A stretch of DNA of 64,000 nucleotides, from NCBI GenBank assembly GCA_047601445.1, contig JASGJH010000001.1, positions 4,448,001 through 4,512,000 of the forward strand, read 5' to 3'. Below the pieces are notes generated by a model. The model searched no databases and was not told where the DNA came from. It saw nothing but the letters and a program-made list of their open reading frames with translations. The stretch's first letter is position 1. Each line of letters begins with the position of its first letter. The position numbers were made by a program, and so were the translations under genes. This stretch comes from Myxococcales bacterium. Its GTDB lineage: Bacteria > Myxococcota_A > Polyangia > Polyangiales > DASUME01. Below, piece after piece: positions 49,144 through 59,527 of the stretch.

Positions 49144-52100
49144 TCACGAGCACCCCATGCTCGCCCCGCAATTCAGGCACTTATAACAAGCCCCGTTCCG
49201 CACCGTAATGTGCCCGCACGTATCGCACATCGGCGCGTCCCCCATCATCTCACCCAAGTGCTGGTCGAGCACGCTGCTAGCACCCGCCCCATACTCCTTC
49301 GCACTCGCGCTCGAGCTCGAAGGCGGCGGCGGCAAGCTACTCGCTTCACCCGGTGAGTACTGATGCACCGCCCCCACGTCAGTCGGATCCTTCATGTCCG
49401 CCTGAACTTCATCCGGCGGCACATGCGCAAGGTCATACCGCTTGATGTACTCCACACCCAGCGTGCGGAAGATGTAGTCGATGATCGAGGTGGCGAACTT
49501 GATGTTCGGGTGCCCCTCAACCGGACCCTGCGGCTCGAAGCGCGTGAACGTGAACTGCTCGACATAGCTGCCGAGTGGCACGCCGTGCTGGAGACCCATG
49601 GACACGCTGATGGCGAAGCAGTTCATGAGTGAGCGGAAGGCTGCGCCTTCCTTGTGCATGTCGACGAAGATTTCGCCGAGCTCGCCGCTGTCGTACTCAC
49701 CGGTGCGCAGGAAGACCTTGTGGCCGGCCACGCGGGCTTCCTGGGTGAAGCCGTGGCGCTTCTTGGGCAAGCGGTGACGAACGGTGGGAGGGGGCGAGAG
49801 GCCTTCCTTGAGCTTGGCTGCCGGACGCGCTGCGACGGCGGGCACGGGGGCCGGGGCCGGGGCTTCGATCTTGGCGACGGCCTTGGTCTCGGACTTTTCC
49901 TTCTTGTCTTCGGTGCCGCTGTTGAGCGGTTGGCTGAGCTTGCAGCCATCGCGGTAGAGGGCGACTGCCTTGAGGCCGAGCTTCCAGCCCTGCATGTACA
50001 CGTCGGCTACGTCTTCTACCGTCGCGTCATTGGGCAGGTTGACGGTCTTGGAAATGGCGCCGCTCAAGAAGGGCTGAGCGGCGGCCATCATGCGCACGTG
50101 GGACATCGGAGCGAGGAATCGCTTGCCCTTCTTGCCGCAGCGGTTCGCGCAGTCGAACACGGGCAGGTCTTCGTCTCGAAGGTGGGGGGCACCTTCGATC
50201 GTCTGACGACCGAGCACCGTGTCGTTCAGCTCTTCGATCTGTTCGGGGGAAAGACCGAAGTGCTTGAGGAGGTTGAAACCAGGCTTGGCAGCCAACTCGG
50301 CGGGAACTCCGAGTCGGTCATAGGCTTCCTTACCGATGACCCAGAGCGCGAGGGCCTGACCCACGTCGAACACGCCCACGAGAGCCTTCTCGGCCTTGGC
50401 GATTTCGGCGTCGGAGAGTCCCTTTTCCGCGAGGATCTTGCGGCTGAGGTGTGGCGCACCCGTGAAGGTGTTGGTGCCGCTGATGAAGGCCACGATGTCC
50501 GCGGTCTGCGCGTCGGAGTAACCGAGGCGCTTGAGGGCGTCGGGCACGGAGTTGTTGACGATCTTGAAGTAACCGCCGCCGGCGAGCTTCTTGAACTTCA
50601 CGAGCGCGAAGTCGGGCTCGATGCCGGTGGTGTCGCAATCCATCAAGAGACCGATGGTGCCGGTGGGCGCGAGCACGGTGGCCTGCGCGTTGCGGTAACC
50701 GCTCTTCTCCCCCGCGCGCACGGCGAGGTCCCAGTCGTAGGCGCCCGCGGCGAGCACGGAGCTGATGACGTCGTCGGCGGCGCCGCCCTGGGCCTGGAAG
50801 TCGTTCTGCCAGGTGTGGGCTGCATTCTGGTGCTTGCGCATCACGCGCAGCATGGGGTCACGGTTCGGGGCGTAACCCGCGAACGGTCCCTTGCTCTCGG
50901 CCATCTGGGCGCTCACGGCGTAGGCGTGGCCGCACAGGATGGCGGTGAGTCCGGCGCACAGCGCGCGGCCCTCTTCGCTGTCGTAGGGGATGCCGAGGCG
51001 CATCAGCAGCGTGCCGAGGTTGGCGTAGCCGAGACCGAGCGGACGGTACTCGTGGCTGTTCTGGGCGATCTTCTCGGTGGGGTAGCTCGAGTAATCGACC
51101 AGGATTTCCTGGGCGATGAAGAGCACGCGGATGGCCTGGCGGTAGCCCTCGATGTCGAACTTGCCGTCGTCGGACAAGAACTTGGTGAGGTTGATGGACG
51201 ACAGGTTGCAGGCCGTGTCGTCGAGGAACATGTACTCGCTGCAGGGGTTGGACGCGTTGATGCGATCGGTGCCCGCGGCGGTGTGCCAGTCGTTGATGGT
51301 GGTGTCGTACTGCACGCCCGGATCGGCGCAGGCCCAGGCGGCCTCGGCGAGCTTCTTCCACAGGTCGCGCGCCTTGAGGGTGCTGGCGACCTTGCCGGTG
51401 GTGCGCTCGTAGGTGCGCCACTCGCCGTCCTGCTCCACGGCCTTCATGAAGGCGTCCGTGACGCGCACGGAGTTGTTGGAGTTCTGGCCGGCGACGGTGT
51501 GATAGGCCTCGCCGTTGAAGTCACTGGAGTAGCCAGCCTTGATGAGGGCCGCCACCTTGCGCTCCTCGCGCACCTTCCAGGTGATGAAGTCCTCGATCTC
51601 CGGGTGGTCCATGTCGAGGCACACCATCTTGGCGGCGCGACGCGTGGTGCCGCCCGACTTGGTGGCGCCCGCAGCGCGGTCGAACACCTCGAGGAAGCTC
51701 ATGAGGCCGGAGCTGGTGCCGCCGCCCGAGAGCTTCTCGGTGATGCCGCGGATCTTGGAGAAGTTGGAGCCGGTGCCGGAGCCGTACTTGAAGAGGCGGG
51801 CTTCGTTCTTGATGAGGTCGTAGATGCCCATCAGGTCGTCCGAGACGCTCTGGATGAAGCAGGCGGAGCACTGGGGCTGCTCGTAGGCGTTCTTGGTCTC
51901 GGCGACCTTGCCGACGACGGGATCGAAGGCGTAGCTGCCGCCCGAGCCTTCGATGCCATAGCGCTGGAAGAGGCCGCAGTTGAACCACACGGGCGAGTTG
52001 AAGGCGCCCTTCTGGTTGATGAGGATGGAGGAGAGCTCGGCCTCGAAGGTGTCGGCGTCTTCGGTGGAGGCGAAGTAGCCGCCGAACTTCTCACCGGCCT

Positions 52101-52437
52101 CGCGGATGGTGTGCGAGACGCGGTAGACGAGGTCGCGGGCGGAGGTCTCGCCGCGCTTGGCGTCGCCGTTGATGCCGGCCTTGCGGAAGTACTTGGAGAC
52201 GGCGATATCGGTGGCGAGCTGGGACCAGCTGGCGGGGATCTCCGCGTTCTTCAGCTGGAAGACGACGGTGCCGTCCGGGTCGGTGATGACGCTGTCGCGG
52301 TTCTCGTACTTGACCTCATTGAGGGGGTCGACGCCCGGACGCGTGAACATGCGAGCGAGCACCAGGCCCTTGCCGAGGCCCGAGTCACGAGCTGCCTTGG
52401 CGCCGCGACCGTTCGTCTTCTCCGTGTTTTTCTCCAC
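49144..52437 (-). CDS. nrdJ: vitamin B12-dependent (class II) ribonucleotide reductase
   Basis: [46 protein letters not shown]-terminal TSCPD-like domain and CxxC...CxxC...GCS. Start GTG 52437 follows GGAGG (ORF opens at 52461). Confidence 0.96.
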   Translation of the reverse strand: MEKNTEKTNGRGAKAARDSGLGKGLVLARMFTRPGVDPLNEVKYENRDSVITDPDGTVVFQLKNAEIPASWSQLATDIAVSKYFRKAGINGDAKRGETSARDLVYRVSHTIREAGEKFGGYFASTEDADTFEAELSSILINQKGAFNSPVWFNCGLFQRYGIEGSGGSYAFDPVVGKVAETKNAYEQPQCSACFIQSVSDDLMGIYDLIKNEARLFKYGSGTGSNFSKIRGITEKLSGGGTSSGLMSFLEVFDRAAGATKSGGTTRRAAKMVCLDMDHPEIEDFITWKVREERKVAALIKAGYSSDFNGEAYHTVAGQNSNNSVRVTDAFMKAVEQDGEWRTYERTTGKVASTLKARDLWKKLAEAAWACADPGVQYDTTINDWHTAAGTDRINASNPCSEYMFLDDTACNLSSINLTKFLSDDGKFDIEGYRQAIRVLFIAQEILVDYSSYPTEKIAQNSHEYRPLGLGYANLGTLLMRLGIPYDSEEGRALCAGLTAILCGHAYAVSAQMAESKGPFAGYAPNRDPMLRVMRKHQNAAHTWQNDFQAQGGAADDVISSVLAAGAYDWDLAVRAGEKSGYRNAQATVLAPTGTIGLLMDCDTTGIEPDFALVKFKKLAGGGYFKIVNNSVPDALKRLGYSDAQTADIVAFISGTNTFTGAPHLSRKILAEKGLSDAEIAKAEKALVGVFDVGQALALWVIGKEAYDRLGVPAELAAKPGFNLLKHFGLSPEQIEELNDTVLGRQTIEGAPHLRDEDLPVFDCANRCGKKGKRFLAPMSHVRMMAAAQPFLSGAISKTVNLPNDATVEDVADVYMQGWKLGLKAVALYRDGCKLSQPLNSGTEDKKEKSETKAVAKIEAPAPAPVPAVAARPAAKLKEGLSPPPTVRHRLPKKRHGFTQEARVAGHKVFLRTGEYDSGELGEIFVDMHKEGAAFRSLMNCFAISVSMGLQHGVPLGSYVEQFTFTRFEPQGPVEGHPNIKFATSIIDYIFRTLGVEYIKRYDLAHVPPDEVQADMKDPTDVGAVHQYSPGEASSLPPPPSSSSASAKEYGAGASSVLDQHLGEMMGDAPMCDTCGHITVRNGACYKCLNCGASMGCS

Positions 52438-52606
52438 TTCGACCTCCCCTTCCTCTTCCACGAGTTCCCGAAAAAACCCCAGCCTGTCCCCAGCTCCAGA
52501 AACAGACGTTTTTCTTATTTATTCCAAGCGTTTAGATACGTGCGTTGCGCTCTGATTACAGACTTATTCAGAGGCGCGAATTCCCAAAGCGCGGCTAGGT
52601 CTGGTT

Positions 52607-52658
52607 TTCTCCACAGAAACCCCACCGCATTTCCCACACAGCCCACAGGCTGTCCACA
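52607..52658 (+). promoter_or_regulatory. cluster of DnaA-box-like 9-mers upstream of nrdJ
   Basis: TTCTCCACA, TTTCCCACA, CAGCCCACA, CTGTCCACA compared with consensus TTWTNCACA. Confidence 0.5.
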
Positions 52659-52685
52659 ACCGCTAGCGAGCCCCCCGGCCCCCCG

Positions 52686-52701
52686 ACACAACTGCTAGTG
52701 G
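52686..52701. promoter_or_regulatory. NrdR-box-like site
   Basis: ACACAACTGCTAGTGG fits acaCwA-N4-TwGtg. Confidence 0.5.
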
Positions 52702-52901
52702 CGGCATTCGTAATCGCCACCCCGGGGTTCGGTCAACACGGTTAGCACGGGTGTGCTTACGATTTCCCGAATCCCTTTTGAACTCCGAGACTTACCGAAA
52801 GTGTCCCGAACCGAGGATAAGTATGCCGGCTAACAGTACTCACGCAGATCCTCGCCGGCCGTTCAGCTACGCATCATGCGCGTATCGTCAGGACCTGACA
52901 A

Positions 52902-52948
52902 CTACTACAGGTAGTGGCCCTTGTCCAAGAACATACAAACCATGGTGG
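52902..52948. promoter_or_regulatory. tandem NrdR boxes
   Basis: CTACTACAGGTAGTGG (52902) and ATACAAACCATGGTGG (52933) start 31 bp apart, upstream of an RNR gene. Confidence 0.65.
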
Positions 52949-53079
52949 CGAAAAGAGGGCGGATCGGTGGCGGCAAGGGGAATTCGGGGTGGATCGAGGA
53001 GAAAAACGGAGAGGGAGAGACGGGGCGATCTCACAAAAATGTTGCGGGGTTAGCTTGGTTGAGGGGGCAAGGACGGAGG

Positions 53080-53160
53080 CGGGGCCGAGGCGGTGGCGGT
53101 GGCGGAGACCGGGGCGGTGGCCGGGGCGGTGGCCGGGGCAGTGGCGGGGTCGGAGGCGGG
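53080..53160 (+). repeat. G-rich low-complexity tandem repeat
   Basis: About 3 units of CCGGGGCGGTGG plus GGCGGT units. Confidence 0.6.
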
Positions 53161-53397
53161 AGGCCGGATCGGGACCCGGTGGCTCGGCTCGGACTTGGGT
53201 GGCTCGGGAAGAACTCGCTCGGCGCACCCCGGGCTCCCGCCGGCCGATAGGTATGCATGCGCGAGTCAGGTGCTCGTCGGGACCCTATTGGGCTTCGTGG
53301 TAGCGTCCTCTTTATGGGCGCTCCTCCTAAGAAGCCCGCGTTGTTCATGCCTGAGGGGACTTGAGGGCGCAGAGCGCGCAGATTCGCAGGGGATGTC

Positions 53398-53877
53398 ATG
53401 GCATCGGTGGCGCAACAGAAAGCTGCGGAAGACCGCGTGCACATGGCGCGCGCCATTGCCCTCGCGCTGCCCGGGGTGGGCAAGACCGCGGACAATCCCA
53501 GCGTGGGCTGCGTGATCGCGCGCGGCGCGCTCGTGGTGGCAGAGGGCGCCACGGGTGTTGGCGGGCGGCCGCACGCCGAGGAGCAGGCCCTGGCTCGAGT
53601 CGAGGGCGACCTGTCCGACGCGACCGCGTACATCACGCTCGAGCCGTGCGGCGCGCGCTCGGTGGGCGGTCTGGCCTGCTCGACGCTGCTGGCCGAGCGT
53701 CGCATCGGTCGCGTCGTGGTCGCGTGCGTGGATCCATCGCCCTATGCGGCTGGCCACGGTGTGGCGCGCTTGCGGGGCGTGAATATCCCAGTCGAGGTGG
53801 GCCTGCTGGCAGACGAGGCTCAGTCGGCCCTGTACGAGGCCTACGTTACGCGCTTAGCGAACCTCGCTGCACGTTGA
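53398..53877 (+). CDS. stand-alone RibD-type deaminase domain
   Basis: NPSVGCVI, PHAE, TLEPC...C, DP...GHG; no reductase domain. Confidence 0.85.
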   Translation: MASVAQQKAAEDRVHMARAIALALPGVGKTADNPSVGCVIARGALVVAEGATGVGGRPHAEEQALARVEGDLSDATAYITLEPCGARSVGGLACSTLLAERRIGRVVVACVDPSPYAAGHGVARLRGVNIPVEVGLLADEAQSALYEAYVTRLANLAAR

Positions 53878-53963
53878 CCGCGAAGGTCGGCGCTGTGCGG
53901 CGCTGGACATGAACACGCGGGCGGCGGACGAACCAAGAGGCACGAGCGCGTGATGAGAGGCGC

Positions 53964-54509
53964 CTAGCGCTGCTCGCACGTGGGCGGCGTCATCAAGTCG
54001 CAGCGCACGGAATCCTTGGGAGCGCGCAAGCCCTTGAGCTCCTTGGCGGTGCGCAGCATGTCACCGAGCTCGCGTTGGAACTCTTCGGTGCCGTGAGGGT
54101 CGCTGCGCAGGAGCTGCACGGTGTCGATGATGACTTGGAGGTCGGCGTCGAGTTCTTCGCCAGTACGCTCGGGTACGGTGTTCATGCGGGCTTGCCACTG
54201 CTCGGGGTGTCGATAGCTGGGGCCGGCGACGGAGATGAGTTGGTCGCGGCGATCGAGCAGGAGGTACACGTAGATGGGGCCCATGTCTGCGTCGGGCAGT
54301 TGGCCAGAGGTGAATGAGGGGCCCCTGGACGGATGCAGTGGGTGTTCGATGAGGATGGTGACGCGGGCGCCCGCGCGCGCGGCGGCGACTTGGAGCTCGC
54401 CCGAGGAGACGTGCAGCGTGGTGAGCTCGAGCGCGGGTGTTTGCGGGTGCTCCAAGCGCGCGTGATGGCAGGCGCTGCAGAGGAGGAAGAGAAGGACGAT
54501 GCGCTGCAT
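53964..54509 (-). CDS. hypothetical lipoprotein
   Basis: MQRIVLLFLLCSA-C. Confidence 0.65.
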   Translation of the reverse strand: MQRIVLLFLLCSACHHARLEHPQTPALELTTLHVSSGELQVAAARAGARVTILIEHPLHPSRGPSFTSGQLPDADMGPIYVYLLLDRRDQLISVAGPSYRHPEQWQARMNTVPERTGEELDADLQVIIDTVQLLRSDPHGTEEFQRELGDMLRTAKELKGLRAPKDSVRCDLMTPPTCEQR

Positions 54510-54525
54510 GGTTCGATGAGGAAGC

Positions 54526-54942
54526 CTAGCGCGGGGGCATCTTCTCGAACTGCGTGAGCGTCGGGTTGATGGCGTCCCACGCGTGGCCGCTCACGGTGTA
54601 CGTGATCGCCTGCGGCTGATAGCGACGCGGGTCGTCGAGGCTTGCAGCATGGATGGTGAAGAGCTGCGGCGCGGCGGCGAAGGTGAGGTACACGGGGGAG
54701 CCGCAGGTGGGGCAGAAGCCGCGGGTCTTGGTGTTGCCGCTGTCGCCCTTGAGGTTCCAGTGAGTCGCGAGGCCGGTGAGCTTCACTTGGTCGCGGCTTG
54801 GGAACGTCAAGTAGGAGCCGTGGCCCGTGCCGCTCTTGCGCTGGCAGTCGCGGCACTGGCAGTCGTTCTGGGCCAGGGGCTCGTCGGTAATCTCGTAGCG
54901 GATGGCGCCGCAGGCGCAGCCGCCTCGGTAGGGTTCACTCAT
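54526..54942 (-). CDS. GFA family protein
   Basis: GGCACGAIRY, CQCRDCQ, FCPTCGS. Confidence 0.92.
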   Translation of the reverse strand: MSEPYRGGCACGAIRYEITDEPLAQNDCQCRDCQRKSGTGHGSYLTFPSRDQVKLTGLATHWNLKGDSGNTKTRGFCPTCGSPVYLTFAAAPQLFTIHAASLDDPRRYQPQAITYTVSGHAWDAINPTLTQFEKMPPR

Positions 54943-55421
54943 GGCTTGCTCCTTGGTGAGTCAGACTCGCCCGCGAGGGTGCCGAGTTTGGCGACGACCT
55001 TCTTCCAACCTTCGCCCATGATCTTGAGGGCGCCTTCGTTGCGGGGGATGACGAAGCCGGCGTGGACGAGCTTGAGGCGGGTGCCGGCTTGGACTTGGGT
55101 GAGGGTCCAGGTGACGACGGTGTCGAGGGGGGCGCCGTAGCCGGTGTTGGCTTCGTGGCCACCTCTCCAGGCGTAGACCAGGCGTTCGTTGGGGATGACG
55201 TCGAGGACCTGGCAGTGGATCACGCCGTCCCAGGATCCGCCGGGCGTCGTTTGGAAGATGAAGTGCGTGCCCTTCACGGCGGCGAAGCCGGTGGGGGCCA
55301 TGAGCCAGCGCCCCATGAGCTCGCCGTTGGTGAGGGTCTTCCAGAGCACCTCGGGTGCGTGGGGGAAGACTTCGTCGACGACGATCTCCTGGGTTTGAGG
55401 CTTGCGGGCGACTTCGGTCAT
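54939..55421 (-). CDS. SRPBCC / AHSA1-like protein
   Basis: APEVLWKTLT...WL...RLVYAW...TVVTWTL...GTRLKLVHAGF...GW. Confidence 0.9.
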   Translation of the reverse strand: MTEVARKPQTQEIVVDEVFPHAPEVLWKTLTNGELMGRWLMAPTGFAAVKGTHFIFQTTPGGSWDGVIHCQVLDVIPNERLVYAWRGGHEANTGYGAPLDTVVTWTLTQVQAGTRLKLVHAGFVIPRNEGALKIMGEGWKKVVAKLGTLAGESDSPRSKP

Positions 55422-55747
55422 GGGTCGATTTCCTTGAGTAGGCTGCGAAGGTTCTTGAAGCGCTCGCGCCAGAAGGTGCCGTAGTGGCCCATCCAGTCGA
55501 CGAGTGGAGCGAGGCCCTTGGGCTCGGCGCGATAGAAGACGTTGCGGCCCTGGGCGCGGTCGGCGATGAGGCCCGCTTGCTTGAGCGAGCGCAGGTGCTG
55601 CGAGATGGCGCCTTGCGTGACGCCGCTGCCCTGCGTGAGCTCGACGACGCTGATCTCCTGGGACTTGACGATGCGCTCGAACACGGCGCGCCGCGTGGGA
55701 TCGGCGAGCGTGCGCATGACGGCGTCGAGGGATGCAGCGTGGGCCAT
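55418..55747 (-). CDS. ArsR/SmtB family regulator
   Basis: LADPTRRAV...AISQHLRSLKQAGLI...GRNVFY. Confidence 0.92.
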   Translation of the reverse strand: MAHAASLDAVMRTLADPTRRAVFERIVKSQEISVVELTQGSGVTQGAISQHLRSLKQAGLIADRAQGRNVFYRAEPKGLAPLVDWMGHYGTFWRERFKNLRSLLKEIDP

Positions 55748-55756
55748 GGGAAATAC

Positions 55757-55790
55757 ATTAGTGCGCACTAATTAATTAGTCAACGCTAAT
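55757..55790. promoter_or_regulatory. tandem palindromic operator for the ArsR-SRPBCC-GFA operon
   Basis: ATTAGTGCGCACTAAT (perfect palindrome) and ATTAGTCAACGCTAAT: two ATTAG-N6-CTAAT sites 18 bp apart. Confidence 0.75.
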
Positions 55791-55966
55791 TGATCTGCCA
55801 GCCCCTCTCCGTGCAGCTCAGGAGTGCTCTTGTGCCTGAACGCGCCCGTGCGGGCGGAGCAAAGCAACGCTATGAAGGGAGCGCGACGACCCCGCGATGC
55901 CCCCCGAGCCAGCGCGGTGTCCGCGGCACACCATTCGGTGGCCGAGCCTAATGAGGGGAACTTGCC

Positions 55967-57145
55967 ATGACACGAAACCCGGCTTGGGTTGTCGTCCTGT
56001 TCGCGCTGTTCGGTCCCGGATGGTCTGCGTGTGCCAGCGTACTTGCGCCCAGGCCCGAGGAATCGTCTGCCGCCGCGCCATCAGCGACTCAAACGGTGAG
56101 CGCGACCGCTGCGCTCGCCGACGAGAGCGGAAGCGCCCCGACGGAGTCTGCCAAGACGGCTCCGCCTCCCAAGCTGAGCCCGCTCGAGCGGGTGAAGAGC
56201 TGGCTGACACCGCCCGATCCATTCGGGGTGAGCTTCGGTCGCAGCACGCCCGAGCAGATTGCGGCGCGCTTCAACGTCAAGATCGCGGACAGTCGTTGCG
56301 CGGAGCCCGCCAAGCCAGGTCTGCGCGTGCTGTGCTGGGGCGGTCCAATCGCCTTGCCCCATGCTCAAGAGATCATCGCGACGTTTGGCGATGGGGGTGG
56401 CGACGCGCCTGTGCTGCGCAACCTGGCGATCCGCTTCAGCGCTGACGCGTGGCAGGACCTCCACGACTACATGATTGGCGACTGGGGACTGGCGGAGCCG
56501 TCCAACACCGACGAGCGGATGCTGGCCTGGCACTGGGGGCAGATGGACTGGTATCTCTCGCGTGACGCCGATGAGGTGAGCTTCAAGGGCCACGCTGATG
56601 ACCTGCCGGTGTTCGCTCGTCAGGCGAAGCCGCAGGTGAACGCGGAGCCCTGGGGCGTGCGGCTGGGCGACCAGACCTACGATGAGGCGCGTGTCACGCT
56701 CGCAGCAGCAGGCTTTCGCCCGGGCATCAGCGAGTGCATGGACATCTACCCGCTGTCGAAGACGCGCGCGGTGCTTTCCTGCGAACTGGAAGCGCCGGCG
56801 TCGGCCAACATGTCCCGCGCGAAGCTGGACTACGTGCAGTTTGCTGGTGGGGTCCGTTTGATCTCGTCCTTGTCCTTCAATTTCAAGACCAGCACGGATC
56901 GGAAGGCCATCATCGAGGACCTGCGCTCTCGCTATGGCTCCGAGAAGAATGCCGAATACAAGTTCACGCGGCTCACCTGGCAGGTGGGCCCGGTGGAGAT
57001 CGAGCTCACGGACGTGATGGGTGACGACTCCATCGGGCGCTGGTTCACGCTGACGTATGCGCACACGCGCCTCAGGTCGATCGGGTATGGCGCGCAAGTC
57101 GAAAATGAGATCGGGAAGCGCGAACAGGTCCGCAAGGGGCTCTGA
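55967..57145 (+). CDS. hypothetical exported protein with two related halves
   Basis: Signal ending WSA-C; DPFGVSFG and EPWGVRLG open similar halves. Confidence 0.65.
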   Translation: MTRNPAWVVVLFALFGPGWSACASVLAPRPEESSAAAPSATQTVSATAALADESGSAPTESAKTAPPPKLSPLERVKSWLTPPDPFGVSFGRSTPEQIAARFNVKIADSRCAEPAKPGLRVLCWGGPIALPHAQEIIATFGDGGGDAPVLRNLAIRFSADAWQDLHDYMIGDWGLAEPSNTDERMLAWHWGQMDWYLSRDADEVSFKGHADDLPVFARQAKPQVNAEPWGVRLGDQTYDEARVTLAAAGFRPGISECMDIYPLSKTRAVLSCELEAPASANMSRAKLDYVQFAGGVRLISSLSFNFKTSTDRKAIIEDLRSRYGSEKNAEYKFTRLTWQVGPVEIELTDVMGDDSIGRWFTLTYAHTRLRSIGYGAQVENEIGKREQVRKGL

Positions 57146-57308
57146 TCGCGGGCCGACTGTCTCACAGGTGCGCTGTAGGTGGGTTCGTCGCGAAACGGAG
57201 TCGGGGTGACCGGGCGCGTCCGCACAAGGACACGCTGGTGTCACCACCGACGCTCGCGATAGCCTTTCCCGGATCGAGAGGGCTTAGGCCCCGGGGGAAA
57301 GAGGACCG

Positions 57309-57860
57309 ATGCGCACACGATGGTTGCCGAGAATCGCGTTGCCGATGCTCGCTTTGATCTGCCTGTCCTGTGGTGATTCCAACAAGGGTTCGTCCGCTGG
57401 CAATCCGATGGGCGATGGCGATGGCGATGGCGATGGCGATGGCGATGGCGACACCTCGAGTTCGGGCCAGGACGTGGGCTTCGGGCCCGAGAGCTGCGCC
57501 GCGGTGGTGAAGCAGTACGGGGCTTCGTGCGAGCCGATGGACTTCGCGATGCCCGACTGCGAGGACATCCGCACGCTCTACGTGGGCGAGGGCTGCGGCA
57601 AGGTGTGGGCCGCGTGGGCGTCGTGCTCGGCGGCGGCGAAGCCGGACTGCGAAGAGGGAGACTTCGCGGACTGTCGAAAGAAGTACGACGAGCTTTTCGT
57701 CTGTCAGTCGGCCTTCGTGCAGCGCACGGGTTGTACGCGGGTCGGAGGCGATGAGGACTGTCCCGCCGAGGCGCCCTATGCGCTCCAGTGTTTGGGCGAC
57801 GCCCCAAGCAAGTCGTGCATGATGACCGCGGATGGCACGCTGTGTTGTCCGGCTAGCTGA
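57309..57860 (+). CDS. Cys-rich lipoprotein with (GD)7 linker
   Basis: CLS-C lipobox; GAGG RBS; many Cys. Confidence 0.75.
   Translation: MRTRWLPRIALPMLALICLSCGDSNKGSSAGNPMGDGDGDGDGDGDGDTSSSGQDVGFGPESCAAVVKQYGASCEPMDFAMPDCEDIRTLYVGEGCGKVWAAWASCSAAAKPDCEEGDFADCRKKYDELFVCQSAFVQRTGCTRVGGDEDCPAEAPYALQCLGDAPSKSCMMTADGTLCCPAS
57411..57452 (+). repeat. (GGCGAT)6 GGCGAC coding microsatellite
   Basis: Perfect hexamer run encoding Gly-Asp. Confidence 0.9.
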
Positions 57861-57904
57861 GGGCGCGCGCTCGCGAGCCTGCGTGGCGATTTCGGGCCCG
57901 CAGC

Positions 57905-59524
57905 GTGCCTGCTTGCCTGGGGGTGGCGCGGTGGAGTACGCCCGACGGCGTGGGTCGTACGTGGGCATGGTTGGGAGCTGGGTTGCTCTGCTTGGGGAGC
58001 GGCTGTGAGCAGCTGAAGAACCTCAAGGGCAGCAACGCCGACGAAAGCGATTGGCCGCGCGTGGACCCCAATACGCCGGTCGTGGATCCTACCGATCTCA
58101 CGCCTGCTGGTGACGGGGTCGGCCCCAGCATCACCGTTCGGCCAGCTCCCGTCCTCGCGCCCACGGACGCCGCCACGGACGCGGCCACGGACGACACGCC
58201 GATCGAATGCGCGAGCACCGAGACGCGCTGCGACGACACCTGCGTCGACACGCAGACAACGAGCGGCCACTGCGGTGAATGCCACCACGCCTGCGCGAGC
58301 GATCAGCTCTGCGTGGCGGGCGCATGCGCCTGCACGGGCACGAAGATACTCTGCGGCGGCAAGTGCAAGGAACCCCAGGTCGGCCCCTGCGGCAGCTGCG
58401 GCGAGCTCTGCACCAAGCCTCCCGACTGCGACGATGGCTCCACGCACCAGACCGATTGGCCCACGCTCGGCGCGGACATGCTGCGCTCTGGCTACAACGC
58501 GGGCGAAAAGGGCGTGCCGCCGTTGACCGAGGGCTGGACGGCGACGCTCCTGAATACGCAGCTGAATCCAGCGATGGTCTACGGGTCGCGCGTGTTCGTG
58601 AGTGCCGACGCCTCCTTCAAGCAGACGGGGCCCGTGTATGCGCTCGATCTCGAGACGGGCGAGCCGCAGTGGACCAAGGACTTCGGCGATGTGTCCTCGG
58701 TGGGCATGCCCACGCTGGCCAACTGCAAGGTCTTCATCCAGAGCGCCAAGGGGGACCTACCGAGCAAACTGTGGGCGTTCCATGCCAACGACGGCGCGGA
58801 GCTTTGGAAACAGGATTTTCCTTCGCAGTGGGGTCACTACTGGTCACCCACGCTGTCGGCGGACGCCGTGTTCGTGGACGCCGGGAGCTTCGAGGGGTTG
58901 TACGGCTACGCGCAGGCGGACGGCGCTCTGCGCTGGGAAAACCTGGATTTGGGGCAGTACGATTCGTGGTCGGCGGCCTACTACGGAGGCGACGTGTACA
59001 GCTTCGTGGGGGGCACATTGCGGCGTCACGACGCGAAAACCGGCACCACCAAGGACAGCTTCTACGTGACCTGGAACGGGAGCTGGTCCATGAACACGAG
59101 CCCCGTGTTCTCGAGTGATGGCACCGTGTATCTGGTGGCGTCACCGCAGGTCTACGCGTTCAACGCGACGACCAAGCAGCCGCTCTGGATGGGCGGAACC
59201 AATGTGTCGGGCATGCCGGCCCTGGCCGAAGGCCTCTTGCTCGCGTTCGATAACCAGCAGCTCGTGGCCTTCGACGCCAAGACCGGCGAGAAGCAGTGGA
59301 CGGCCCTCGACACCGCGGGCCTGTGGCACCCGCCGGTGGTGGCGAATGGCTTTGCCTACGCGGCGAGCACCGGCACCACCTATGCAGTGGACTTGAAGAC
59401 GGGCGACGTAGTGTGGCACGTGGATGTGGGCGGCTGGCTCTCCATCGGCGGCGGACGCCTGTTCGTGGCGGGCGCCGATGGTGTGCTGCGGACGTATCGC
59501 TTGAGCGCCGCAGCAGGCAACTGA
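57905..59524 (+). CDS. lipoprotein with Cys-rich region and PQQ-like (BamB-type) beta-propeller
   Basis: GSG-C lipobox; HCGECHHAC; repeated A.D..TG...W blades. Start uncertain. Confidence 0.82.
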   Translation: MPACLGVARWSTPDGVGRTWAWLGAGLLCLGSGCEQLKNLKGSNADESDWPRVDPNTPVVDPTDLTPAGDGVGPSITVRPAPVLAPTDAATDAATDDTPIECASTETRCDDTCVDTQTTSGHCGECHHACASDQLCVAGACACTGTKILCGGKCKEPQVGPCGSCGELCTKPPDCDDGSTHQTDWPTLGADMLRSGYNAGEKGVPPLTEGWTATLLNTQLNPAMVYGSRVFVSADASFKQTGPVYALDLETGEPQWTKDFGDVSSVGMPTLANCKVFIQSAKGDLPSKLWAFHANDGAELWKQDFPSQWGHYWSPTLSADAVFVDAGSFEGLYGYAQADGALRWENLDLGQYDSWSAAYYGGDVYSFVGGTLRRHDAKTGTTKDSFYVTWNGSWSMNTSPVFSSDGTVYLVASPQVYAFNATTKQPLWMGGTNVSGMPALAEGLLLAFDNQQLVAFDAKTGEKQWTALDTAGLWHPPVVANGFAYAASTGTTYAVDLKTGDVVWHVDVGGWLSIGGGRLFVAGADGVLRTYRLSAAAGN

Positions 59525-59527
59525 ACG

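Noticed and set aside
49654..52698. 1014-aa + strand ORF
   Set aside because: Antisense shadow of nrdJ caused by high-GC codon bias; no motifs.
52461..53397. Cobalamin riboswitch or oriC upstream of nrdJ
   Set aside because: No B12-box consensus was recognised. The DnaA-like boxes are few and degenerate, with no dnaA/dnaN or AT-rich unwinding element nearby.
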